From Octopus bimaculoides (lineage: Eukaryota): a DNA stretch of 64,000 nt. This document shows positions 1 through 12,310 of this stretch, piece after piece. Within the stretch, counting starts at the first letter, position 1, and the number at the start of each line of letters is the position of its first letter. Made by a program: the position numbers and the translations under genes. The DNA is taken from contig NC_069008.1 in NCBI RefSeq assembly GCF_001194135.2, positions 8,867,163-8,931,162 on the forward strand, written 5' to 3'. The notes beneath the pieces were generated by a model. The model had not been told where the DNA came from, made no database searches, and worked only from the letters and a program-made list of their open reading frames with translations.

Positions 1-82
1 GGGTCTGGGATGGCAAACGGAAGGGCCGCCTGAGACAGCACACACTCTAGCTACACTAGTGGCTGGATGTCTTGTGTGATGC

Positions 83-168
83 AGTTCTTCGTCACCTGAC
101 TTCACAGACTTTAGTTCTTCGTTGCCCAGGTTCACATCGATTGTAGTTCTTCATTGCCTAACTTCACA
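83..168. repeat. Degenerate ~30-32 bp tandem repeat, 3 copies
   Basis: AGTTCTTC(N)nTTCACA units start at 83, 113 and 145. Confidence 0.6.
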
Positions 169-599
169 CCTCCTGGTCAACTGACCAATGTTCACTCATC
201 AGTTTATAAGTCCACCTCACAGTAAAAGCATGCCAAAAGTTAATAAGGAAAATGTGCATCATGTTTTAAATCAGTCACACAATCAATGGACATTATTCCT
301 CATTAGAATTAAGTATAGATCCTTTATTTATTTTCTTTTGTAGAACTAGAACAGTATTGAGTAGAATCATTTTAAATTATATTTATCAGATTAGTTCTTC
401 TATTTGCTACAGATGATTGCCTACCAAACTGTGATAATATTATGCAGCTGTCACAGTAACTAGAATTTTATTTCCTCCTTCATAACACTATTTTGTTTTT
501 CCACACATTCACTTGTGCAGGATTGCAAAAGCACACCCAAGGAGAACATGTTCCAAAGGCCAGAAACATGTTAAACTTGCAATAAATACATCTGAAGTA

Positions 600-722
600 A
601 AAGCTTTTCATGGACCCTTAGAATACTAACATGATCTCCAATTTACTACTTTGCTTGTGTGGACCCTCAAAACACATAGACGGACCTCCAGGGGTCATAT
701 GTACCCCAGTTGAGAACGACTG
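600..722. mobile_element. Possible hAT-type terminus (single end only)
   Basis: Reverse complement of 709-722 reads CAGTCGTTCTCAAC, resembling the hAT/Charlie-type end CAGTGGTTCTCAAC. No partner end found. Confidence 0.35.
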
Positions 723-899
723 CTATGGAATAACTGTAGCAAGTGATTAAGAAAGCCATATGGAGCTCTAATACAGAAACTAAACAAGGAACGTCACAAA
801 ACCAACAACCTAAATGGAAGAAAATAACTCCAAAAATTTGAGAAAATTTGGTATATTTTATGCCAAGGTATATAATGTTGCAATTAGAGGAAAAAGTGG

Positions 900-1030
900 A
901 GCGACAACGTATAAAATCACGTTAAAAATATATAAAAGGATATTTGTCATAATCTATTAAACCTTCTGATCACATAATTAAATGAAATTGGAAGATTAGT
1001 ATGGGTGCCTAACACTTTTGCGTAAGTATG
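900..1030. mobile_element. Possible Tc1-like terminal inverted repeat remnant
   Basis: Reverse complement of 1001-1030 reads CATACTTACGCAAAAGTGTTAGGCACCCAT and is flanked by TA (1031-1032). No partner end found. Confidence 0.35.
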
Positions 1031-1500
1031 TATTTATGTATGAATAAGCCGACAATAATCTCTTCTTACTCAATCTGCGAGAAATAGCAGCCAAAACTCG
1101 CTATGTATGAACCAACAAAGACTTTCACATGACAGCCAAACAGGGTGGAAACAGTAACCAAATTTCCCTTAATGCACGCCCTACTTGACTTATGTATGTA
1201 TGTATAAGCCAATGAGAGATGTCTGGACTGTAGCAAGAGCTGTTAGAAACAACAGCCAAATCTCTTTCATATGACACATACTGTAATATGTATATATGCA
1301 CCTATGAGCTAATGGGTGAAGCTTCTATACGGTAGCTAGACTTCATAGAAACAGAAAGCTCTCTCGAATCACACCCTCCTGACTGATGTATGTATGTATA
1401 TATGTATGCATGAGCCAATAAGAAAGACATCTACGTAGTAACAAGAGCTGTTGGAAATAACAGCCAGATTTCCCTCAAATCTAACTCTACCGTCTTGAGA
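1030..1500 (+). repeat. Degenerate tandem array of a repeat with core AACAGCCAAAT(C/T)TCCCTCAAAT; second array at ~60420-60780
   Basis: The core recurs at about 1085, 1130, 1250 and 1460, separated by GTATGTATG tracts. The same core recurs several times at 60490-60770. Confidence 0.6.
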
Positions 1501-4276
1501 ACAAGGAAATGATATATTGGACACTGTAGTTGGATATAATAATTAAGACCACTTGTTTTACTTATATTTATACACAATTTCATCAATTCAAAGACATAAT
1601 GGTCGCGGCTGATGTACCTTTGATCACAACTAGTTATTTTAGCGTTGGAATTGGTACCTTGTTTTATTGGCCCCTGAAGGATGAAACACTATATCAATCT
1701 TGGCGGGATTTCAATACAGAACCTAAAGGCATTTTGTTCGACGCTTTAACGATCAAATGATTTTGCTAAATTCCACTGCTGTTTTTAACTGTAATTATTA
1801 ACAATTAAAAAGCGATTAGCAAAGTTTCAAGTATGGTATTCAATAATTAATGAACAATAAATGACATCCGGCGTCATTTATTGTACATATTAATGTATTG
1901 AATACCATGGCCGTAGTCTAATGACTGACACAAGTAAAAGGAGATACACACACACACTCATGCCAATACACATAAATACATACACAACATCCAGGACATC
2001 TTATAAAGATGGGACACGTTTTAATTGTTGTGTATTATACATACACTTTCCTCATCCTTATGAAACATCCTATCTATATATATATATCGATGTGTTCATA
2101 ACGGCTAAAGCAGAAGATTTAAATTTCATACATACATAATACAAAATACTGGAGCCAGAATGATGTTTTAGTTATCTCTTCAAATCATCGAAGAAGAGTC
2201 AAGGAGGGAATGAAAGAAAGAAGCAACAGGCAATGGAGTGACAGTGCAGCAATATGCAGTGCGGTGCAATGTAGTATATCAGCAGTAAGTGATATTGGAG
2301 ACGAAGAGATGTTATCACAACTTTTGGTGCCGAAGTTGCTGTTATCAATGAAGGAAAGAAAGAAAAAAGTACCGGAAGTTAAAGGGAGTGAACTCAGTGT
2401 GTCAATGTTAGAACTTCAATGAATTTGGGACGTTTTGTAATTGTTCTGCAACAAGTTCTTTAGATTGATACTATTTAACTTCTCTGAACAGTCCTAATTC
2501 AGCAGACGATATAATCAGAGATGTCCCAACTATTTCAATATCAGTTACTATATTGTGCAATGTGGACTCGTCTTTTATCTTTTATTATCATCATCATTGA
2601 ACGTCCACTTTCCATGCTAGCATGGGTTGGACAGTTTGACAGACAACTGGTAAGCCAGGAGGCTGCACCAGGTTCCGATCTGATCTATGGCTGGATGCCC
2701 TTCCTAATGCCAACCACTCCAAGAGTGTAGTGAGTGCTTTTTACCTGCCACCAGCACGGGTGCCATTGATCTGACACCGGCATCAGCAATGATATGATCT
2801 CACTCGGTTTGACAGATCTATACAAGCACATTAAATCACCAAAGGTCTTGGTCATCTATCACTGCCTCCATTAGACTCAACACTCGAACGGTGCGTTTTC
2901 TTTTCAGCAATTAGAATGTGGCCATGCTGGGGCACTGCCTTGAATTTTTAGTTGAATGACTTTTTTTTATTCTTAAACCTAGTACTTATTCTATCAATCT
3001 CTTTTGTCAAACAACTAAGTTAAAGGAACATAAACACACCAACACCAGTTGTCAAGCATTAGTGGGGAACAAACACATAGATACACACATGCGCGCATAT
3101 ATACGAAAATAAGAAAATAGAGAAAATTAAATTAATAATTATTTATTAATTACAAAATTGGACATCATGGAAAAATTAGGGTGAATATATATTCTTTTAT
3201 TCTTTTACTTATTTCAATCATTTGACTGTGGCCATACAGGAGCACTGCCCTTAGTCAAACAAATCAACCCCGGGACTTATTCTTTGTAAGTCTAGTACTT
3301 ATTCTATCAGAATCTCTTGATGAACTGCTAAGTTACGGGGGACATAAACACACCAACATCGGTTGTCAAGCAATGGTGGGGGGGACAAACACAAATATAT
3401 TATACATATATATATATATATACGACAGGATTCTTTCAGTTTCCGTCTACCTGATCCACTCACAAGGCTTTAGGCAGCATGAGACTACAGTAGAAGACAC
3501 TTGCCCAAGGTGCCATGCAGTGGGACTGAACCCGGAACCATGAGAGTACTCTTGCCCTCTTCCACTCTCCCTCTGTCTCTTGTTCTCTCCTTCTGACTGG
3601 GTAACCATGTATCTCCTTTACAGCAACACACCTGTTTCTGTCCTCATTCCTTCTCTCTCTCTCTCTCTCTTTGACTGGGTAACCATGTACCTCCCCTACA
3701 TCACGACACCTGTTTCTGTCTCTTTGTCACACTCTAACCTTTCATTATTCGGCACAAGGTCACCTCCTCCAATGCCCTCTCCCCTCTCAAAGGATCTTTG
3801 TCTTGCAAGTTACTGAGTGACCCTGCCAGTGCTAGTGCCCTCGTCTTGATTGTTGCTTTCACTATGTTTTGGCTGTTGCACACTCCGACCTTCTTTAGGT
3901 GTCTTGTGCTGAAATCGGTTGTTGTATTGGAATTTCAAACCTAACCCTTTATTTGGTCCACATTTATTTGATCTCTGCATTTTCTGACATAACATTTTTT
4001 GGATCATAACATTTTTCATTAATGTTTTACGTAGTGTTTTTGGTACGGAAAGACTTTCAAACTTCGTATACTTATCTATTTTGTGTTATAGAACAGAAAA
4101 ATATTTTTGTATTCAAATTTATTTCATGTAAAAAATTGTCTTATTTCGATAATTTCAACCAATCACTGACAAGTATTCAGTTGTTTACATTTACTCCTTT
4201 GGCTGATTAAGCGATGTAAAGCGTATTTAATCTCCATACCTTCGTTTTATTTGCTTTTTTCATTTTAAATTTGCTT

Positions 4277-4326
4277 TAACCCTAACCCTAACCCTAACCC
4301 TAACCCTAGGGTTAGGGTTAGGGTTA
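4277..4326. repeat. Interstitial telomere-type repeat, head-to-head: (TAACCC)5-TA-(GGGTTA)3
   Basis: Read directly; perfect 38-bp palindrome at 4289-4326. Confidence 0.9.
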
Positions 4327-5738
4327 ATTGTTTCAGAATCGTTTGTTTATGTAGTCGGCACTTAATATATATCGGCTGAATGGACGTCAATGATTGGTTG
4401 AAATTACAGAAATACGACAACTTTAACATGGACTAACTTATGGATTTCTTTTTTTTTAAGAAGACTAAGAGAAAAAGATGTTTTATATGACACATTCTAC
4501 CAGTGTTCCAAGTTTCAAAGTGTTTCGTTAATGAAAAATGTGGCCCCCGTTTTAAAAAAGATCCCATTTTTTTATTCAGAGAGTGCAATGAGAACAGTAA
4601 AGTTACCGTCTCAAGTCATGTTGACTCATAAGGGTCAGTTTCTCGGTTTCCACGGCATATAAATTCCCCACCTGGACAGAACGCCAGTCCCTCGCAGAAT
4701 TACTCATTTTTGCCCGCTGAGTGTACATGAGCAATGTGAAATGAAGTGTTTTGCTCAAGAACACAATGCATCACCTGATCAAGGAATCAAAACCCCAATT
4801 TTATGATCATGAATCCAACACCCTAACCACTAAGTCATGTACCTCCATGAATGAGAATAGTGCACCCCTGTAGATCAAATAAAGAGTTAAGAAGGCTAGA
4901 GTATACAACAACTGAAATGCAGTGAAAGCAACAATCAAGATGAGGACACCAGTGCAGCTAATGGAAATTGTGAGTATGGCATTGCTGGTGCCATACTCGT
5001 AAGAGACAAACTGTAGATGGGGATTCTTACTGCAGACTAGTTATCAAATAAGTGGCAAAACAGGGACTTCTGGTTTGGTGGCAAACAAGACTCAAGATTA
5101 AATGGCAGATCATGCTCTCTTTCACATTGTAGATGATTAACACAGAATAAACAACACTTCCTGTTTGTGGTTATTTTTATATATAGCTTAACAAAATCTG
5201 TAAGTGTACATAAATTAGGGTACAGATTCTACATGAGTAAATATGCTGTACCAGTGGAGAGCCTATTTTGTTTTTTTAATAATAAGCCGTGGGCGAGGGT
5301 ATTTCACAAATACTGGGGTTAGGAGACTGATACTCATTAGTTTGAGGACCATAGCTTTTGAGGAGGATTTTTAATAGCCAAAAATTTGAGAGTGAAGGCG
5401 TGATGCTACAACTGACAAATGTAGTTCAAAGTTCAAAGCAACACTCGACATTTTGTCTGTATAATAATCAGTATATATTACAAGCCATGGCTGAGGTCAC
5501 AAAGCAATGCTTTGTGGTAAGATAAAGTTTTTCTTGATATCTTTTATCTTTTTACTTGTTTCAGTCATTGGATTGTGGCCATGCTGGGGCATTCATTTGA
5601 TCAAATCAACCCCAGTACTTAGCTTTAAATCTGGTAATTATTCTATCCCTTTTGCTGAACTACTAAATTACAAGGATGTAAACAAACCAACACTGGTTGT
5701 GAAGCAGTGTAATGGGGACAAAAACAAACACACCCATA

Positions 5739-6975
5739 TCAGGTCGAGTAAAAAGTAAGCAACGTTTTGAACCATGAAGAATTTGTACCGGGTTTTTGCT
5801 GAGTTTTGAAATTTTTCTAAACATTTTTTTGCAATTCTATGATAATACAGGCACAGACATGCCCAAATACATTAATAAATTAACATTGATGTTTTTTTCA
5901 CCATTACTACAATCATTTGAGCAATTTTGCTATTCAACTTCAAAAAAGGATGGAAAGCAGATGAAACTGCTCGCAATATCAACGAAACATTTGGTGAGGA
6001 AATAACCAGTGAGTGGTCAACTCAAAGATGGTTTAAACGATTTCACAGTGAGCATTGTGGACACCATATCTGTCATCGATAATGGTCAATTAAAGACCGT
6101 CATTGAGAAAGATCCACAAAAAAACCATTGGAGAACTGCGAAAAGAACTTCAAGTTAGCCAGAAAACTACCTGCAATCATTTGCATGCGATCGAAAAATC
6201 AAAAAAGCTCAACAAATAGGTACCACACAATTTGAATGAAAATCAGAAAATGCACAGATATGAAATTTGCTTGTTGCTTCTTCTCCATAACCAGACTGAT
6301 CCATTTCTCGACCGTATTATAACTTGCGATGAAAAGTAGATTCTGTACAATAATAAAAAAATGTTCTTTGCAGTGGTTGGACCAAAATGAAGCACTGAAA
6401 ACCTTTCTTAAACCCAAGTTCTTCAAAAAGAAGCTTATAGTGACTGTTTGGTGGTGTACTGTTTGACTCATCTGCTACAGCTTCTTATAACCCAGAAAAA
6501 CCATTATAGCAGAAACATATTGCCATGAAATTGTCAAAATGAACAAAAAACTGCTACTCCTCCATCCCAGACTGGTCAACAGAAGAGGGCCAATAATTCT
6601 TCATGACAATGCTCGACCACACGTTTCACTAATGAAGCTCCAGAAGTTGAGGGAACTTGGCTACGAAGTTCTTCCCCACCCAGCTTATCCCTCAGGCTTT
6701 TCTCCTATCGACTACCACTTTTCCAAGCACCTTCATGGTTTCCTGCAAGAGAAGGAGTTCAAAAATCAAACCAATGCTGAAAGTGCATTCAAAGAGTTCA
6801 TCAGCTCCAGAACTCCAGATTTTTATGTTACCAGAATAAACAAACTTGTAACTCGTTGGCAAAAATGTGTTGATTGTAATGGTATTTACTTTGATGAATA
6901 AAATTTCTGCATTGTTAAAATATATTATGATGGATTTCTTATTTCAAAATGTTGCTTTCTTTTTACTCAGCCTGA
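5739..6975 (+). mobile_element. Full-length decayed mariner (DD34D) transposon, ~1237 bp
   Basis: Imperfect ~30-bp TIRs (TCAGGTCGAGTAAAAAGTAAGCAACG / TGTTGCTTTCTTTTTACTCAGCCTGA) flanked by TA at 5737-5738 and 6976-6977. Transposase motifs *VPHNL (WVPHxL), TCDEK, HDNARPH and SPIDYH, with exactly 34 residues between the last two Asp. Stops and frameshifts present. Confidence 0.93.
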
Positions 6976-6981
6976 TACATA

Positions 6982-7981
6982 TGTAGCGTACACTCAAGTG
7001 AAATTCCTCTCCTTTCTATTATATATACATACATACGAGTGAAGTAGATAACAGCCAGCCTTTTGCCACATTTTGGACCCCATTGTGTCCACTACTCTGA
7101 TTGGTTGGTATTGGCGCAATTTGTCTCTTGCTCTAGCACGCGCCAATATGCAACCCAACCAATCGCAGCCTTCAAATAAGGTCACATGTGACACCCTTTT
7201 TTCTCCTCAGCTTTGAACCTATAACTCCTTATAAAAACCAAGCTTCTCCTCGTCTCGATGTCTTTTCGGTTCCATACCTTTTAAAGTCTAGCCTCTGACC
7301 ACACAAGACACCGCCAGTTTCAGTGACAACACAACAGCAGCCACGTTATTCGGTGACCTCCATCTCCATCGCCACCATTCTTCCTAATGTCAACATCTCT
7401 CTACGTACACAACTCAACAAGCAACTCACCCGGGTTACAACACTGCACTGTTCATGAATTATTTCACCATGGATCAACAGTGAATATACAACCTGCGAGA
7501 ACTCCTGTACCAAGTAACCCAGGCAGCAGCATCACAGCCACAACTTCATGTGCGACATGTATTGCAACTGGCTCTGCATCATCGGCACAACTTCTTATAA
7601 AACTATCGTGTACAATTGACTACAAACTGGTATTTATCATTCTTGTGTCTATGAACTTACTCCTCACTTTGATGGCTATAGACTCTTTCACTGTCTCTTC
7701 TTCATCGCCATCCTTGTATGTTCTTAACGTGCATACATTTATGCCTACATACGCACACATACATCTTATTCTTATGACGGCCTGTCTATTATTCTGTATA
7801 TATGACGCACACACAATCACACATGTTAACATATCAATAAATCTTCTCTTAAAGATTCTGCCCAGTTGTGTCTCTTATTTCCCTCTGGCACATATATGCA
7901 TTGTTCTATTTATATTTATTGTATCGACGTGTGATGTACTAAGGAGCCATTCTTGTCACCTCGCTTCACACGGACGTCACA
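6982..7981 (+). mobile_element. LTR-like element A (~1 kb) followed by a PBS-like motif
   Basis: Begins TGTAG and ends GTCACA. CCAAT and E-box-like motifs at 7159-7191, TATA-like at ~7230, AATAAA at 7836. Followed by AATCGGTGACC. Homologous to element B. Confidence 0.55.
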
Positions 7982-8104
7982 AATCGGTGACCTGTTCCAG
8001 TTCCTTGAAACTACAAAAACAATTATAATGGGAGAAGGAGATACTCCACAGGTATCATAAATCTTCCATTCCATTATACATAAATATATACAAATGTATG
8101 TATG

Positions 8105-9166
8105 TGTAAGGGACGACCGTGCAAACTCAAAAAAAGGAGAAATGGTGACGAATGGACAAACAGAGGACTCCTTTTATTTAAACGTGTCACACGGTCGAAC
8201 ATACAAATATATATCAAAGATGATATACATGATATGTTATGCGACGATAACATATGTGACCAGTAATGAAAGACTACAACCGTATTAGATGAATAACAGA
8301 GATATTTATTATAGCGTTAAAGATGTATGTCTGTGTGAGAGTGTGAATGCGACATATAATAACATAATCAAAGACAGGCCGTGATACAAAGAAAAGTGTG
8401 TATGTGAGTGATACATGTGTGTGTATGTGTATTATTACAGCAGATAGAAAGAGAGTCAGTAAATGACACGTGAGCANNNNNNNNNNNNNNNNNNNNNNNN
8501 NNNNNNNNNNNNNNNNNNNNNNNNNNNNNNNNNNNNNNNNNNNNNNNNNNNNNNNNNNNNNNNNNNNNNNNNNNNNNNNNNNNNNNNNNNNNNNNNNNNN
8601 NNNNNNNNNNNNNNNNNNNNNNNNNNNNNNNNNNNNNNNNNNNNNNNNNNNNNNNNNNNNNNNNNNNNNNNNNNNNNNNNNNNNNNNNNNNNNNNNNNNN
8701 NNNNNNNNNNNNNNATAGTAAGTCGTGTTGACGCTGGTGGTGTAGAGGCTGCTTGGTAGTAGTCGTAGAAACGTGTTGCTGATGTGGCGACGGCGGTGGT
8801 CATCGTGGCTGGACGAAGCTGCTGAAGTGGTCGCTGGCTGCTGCTGCTGTCGTGTGGTACACGGAACAGTCTCTGAGAGAAACTGGACCGAGACAAATTT
8901 GTGGGGTATGAGTTGATCTATATATAGCGTTAAGAGGGCTCCAAATGCCTTCAGAATTTTACTCTATCACGTGACCTTATTAAGGGCCGTGATTGGTCAG
9001 TTTGCGTTCTGGCGGGAAAGGTTCGAAGAAGTTGCCGATTAGAATAATAATCAGTCACGTGATGACAAGGAATGGGTTTTCTACTACGCTCGCATTTATT
9101 TATATTTAAATGAGAAGAATGGCGATAGCAGTTTTGTATCTAATGGCGGTAGGTAGTTTCACTACA
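8105..9166 (-). mobile_element. Solo LTR-like element B (contains an N gap)
   Basis: The minus strand begins TGTAG and ends CTTACA. Flanked by TATG on both sides (8101-8104, 9167-9170). Shares CCAATC..GCC..AATAAGGTCAC.TG, ACGGCCTGTCT and AATAAAT blocks with element A. Confidence 0.6.
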
Positions 9167-9196
9167 TATGTATGTATGTATGTATGTACATACGTA

Positions 9197-11120
9197 CTAG
9201 CAGAAATACCTGGCATTGCCCAGGTTAAAGAGAATAATAAAATTTAAAAACACCGTCTAGATTAAGCATAGACGTTAAGTAAAATATGAAAAGAAAGTTT
9301 TCAACTCATATATATATATATAAAGTAAATGCACGTAATTCAAAAACACGTTTTGTGTAGCTTATTTCGTAACCAAAAAACAGTTACAGGTTATAAACAA
9401 CGAAAGATCGATTTTGGTGATTCATTTGATAGAGGTAGTAGAGAGCCAATCCGATGATAAATCTGACCTTGGATCTTGAAAGTTTACATGGATCCTGGCT
9501 CAGTTAAATCTCTTGTGGCTCCAAATGATGTCATCTGTAGTACAGTGTTGTATTGTCTAATTTTGCTTTGGAAGTGCTTGGAATTTTGGTCAGTTGATGA
9601 CAACAATTTCTTCAATGGGTCTGGAGGTTGGGGGATTGCAGGGAGTTTAATCTGTCCATTACTGCAGCACAATGTAGGTGTCTCTCCAGGCCACTTCCTT
9701 GCTTTACAATGTATGAACTCACGTGTCATTGTACCCATGGAAACTCTAGTGTCATCTGCATAATGAACTGCTGGATCATATTTGAAAGCTGCTTCATAGA
9801 AGTTGCTTCTCTGAGCTGTTGCAACTGCTCTTCGTTCTGCAGGGGAGATCCTATTCTTTGTCAGCCATGCATACCTCTGTTCATCACTTTGAGATGTTCT
9901 GGCTTTTGTAGCGCACAGTCTGTTTGTTTCTTGGTATGCTTCACTTTCTGCAGCTCTCTCTCTTTCCTTGGACAGAGACATTCTTTTGGCTGACCTTGAC
10001 TTTGTAGACAAACTTGACACTTTCCTTCTAGGCATGGTTATATATGTATACAGAAATACACAGGTGTAGAAGATAGTAAACAATGAGAATAACTAGGTAA
10101 CAGAAATTACATTTCTTAATACGACAGGCAGAAAGTAAATAAGAAATTTTTACAGAAAATAAAGAATTGTACAGGTTGAAACGAAATTTGTTACTTAGTG
10201 AACCAAAGAGCCAGTATCAAAGGAACCAGAGAAAAGCCATTAACAACAGAAAAACACAAAACCATTGCAAAAGTAAATAAGAAATTTTTAGGGAAATTAA
10301 CTAAGTGTACGGATTTAAGTGAAATTTTTGAAGTTACTTCTGTCAGTAAATAATGATCTTACTTTTATCAGTGATTCTATCAACAGCAAAAAAACACAAA
10401 ACATTGCAAAAGTAAATAAGAAATTTGTGGGCAAATTTAACGAAGTGTACAGGTTGAAGTGAAATTTATGAAGTTACTTCTGTCAGTAAATTATGCATGA
10501 AATTATTTTCTTCAGTAATTATGAACTTCTTTTTGTCAGTAATTTGTTGTTGTTGTTTGTAAATAATGATTGAAAACTTATAGTGAAAACAATAGTGATT
10601 GAACTTAAATGAAAACAATAGCATCTGAAAAATGTAAGTGAGAACAATAGAGAGTGAGTGAGATATAGAGAGAGGGGAGAGAGCAAGCTAGCTAGTTAAA
10701 TAAATAAGATAGATATAGATGAATAGATAAGATATAGACAGACAGATAGAGAGATAGAGATAGAGAGAGATATAGATAGCAAGATATAGATGTCACTGAC
10801 ATCAGAAAACCGGAAGTAAATATTTTTTTAAACTTTCAAAGTTGTGAATCTAATATAAAAAGCAATATTTTTCAAGACCAATGAATGTAAGGGAGACAAA
10901 CAATTTCTGAAAGTTACTTCGCAAAGAGTTACCTCCTTTCTCCACGTAACCCAGGAATGGGTATTTTCTGCCCCCAGGGAGCCCGTTACTCATTATGTGA
11001 AAAATTGTAAGAGTCTAAAACCATCCCTGGAACATAATTAATGTATGTTCCCAGTTTGGAGAAAATCAGTTGAAAAATACGGCCATTATAATCTTTTACA
11101 CACAGGATTTATATTATAGA
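9197..11120 (-). mobile_element. Internally deleted Helitron with both termini and a Rep N-terminal ORF (9484-10083)
   Basis: Minus-strand 5' end A|TCTATAATATAAA (11120). 3' end hairpin ACCTGG-GCAATG-CCAGGT then CTAG|T (9197). ORF motifs HCKARKWPGET..LCCSNGQIKLP and IRQYN..LQMTSFG are typical of the Helitron RepHel N-terminus. Confidence 0.85.
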
Positions 11121-11123
11121 TAT

Positions 11124-11157
<34 letters not shown>

Positions 11158-11594
11158 GCATACACATACACACAAATGTGTATGAATGAGGACAGCTGCA
11201 TAAAGAAGTGCCAATCTCTAATTGTGCAGGGAACTTGTGGAAGGAGTAGACTCAGGAAAACATGGAACAAAGTTGTGAGAGAGATTTCCAGATGTTGGGC
11301 CATGCTGAGGAGATCACAAGGGACCAAGACTTCTGGCAATTTGGACATGTCAAGCTAAGTAAAATTGTGGTCATCCATGTATGTACTTTACACCTATTCT
11401 TCCACTCCCTCTCTCATCCAGAAGGTTCTTGTCTTGCGAGCTTGCAGATACTAGTACCATGTAAAAAGCCCCCATTTCAGTCCCACATAAAAAGCATTCG
11501 TGCCAGTGTCACATGGAGAGCACCTGGACCAGTGCGGCATAAAAACATCTGTGTTGGTGCCACGTAAAAAGCACTAGTGTCAGTGCTGCATATT

Positions 11595-11635
<41 letters not shown>

Positions 11636-11867
11636 TCCCCCCAGTATCACATTTAAAGCACCCATGCTGGTGCCATGTATAAAAAATCCATACCAGTGCC
11701 ACGTAAAATGCACCGAGTACACTCTGTAAAGTGGTTGGTGCTAGGGATGGCATCTAGCCTTAGAAACTGTGCCAAAATGAACAATTGGAGCCTGGTGTAG
11801 CTCTCTGGTTGGCCAGTTTTTGTTAAACTGTCCAATCCATGCTAGAATGGAGAACGGACATTAAATA

Positions 11868-11899
<32 letters not shown>

Positions 11900-11900
<1 letters not shown>

Positions 11901-12310
11901 GTAAAAAACATCTACTCAAAATTCACATCAGAGGATAATTCAGAATTCTCCATGAAGGACAGTGGCAATTATAGATGTGGAATACATAGCAACAACATCT
12001 GTTTCAAATATTTAGACACTGCCTCTCATATAAAATTTAAAACTGGATTCTCCTTATGCAGATATGAACTGCAAGTCACAGAATCTCATATACTGCATAA
12101 CTTGCCCCAATTGCAAAGAGAATTATATTGGTGAAACCAAAGTGCAAGAATCCACAGACAACACATTAGACAAAAAGAATTATGCGAGATTCTACTGAGT
12201 AAGCATCTGGAAATATGTAGAAACAGCAGATTCAAAATCTTTTTCTTCTACAAGTGCTCAAGAAGACAATGGAACTACACTTTATAAAAAAATTCTTACC
12301 TAAACTAAAC
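11900..12310 (+). mobile_element. Decayed Penelope-like element 3' part (GIY-YIG endonuclease remnant)
   Basis: From 12061 the frame reads DMNCKSQNLIYCITCPNCKENYIGET. After frameshifts it continues RIHRQHIR..LSKHLEIC, FKIFFFYK and FIKKFLPKLN. Confidence 0.75.

Noticed and set aside
6539-6901. SETMAR-like host gene
   Set aside because: No SET domain; bounded by TIRs and a TA duplication; the upstream transposase has stops.
7387-8028. 213-aa + strand ORF
   Set aside because: Lies wholly inside LTR-like element A; low-complexity S/T/hydrophobic sequence with no recognisable domain.
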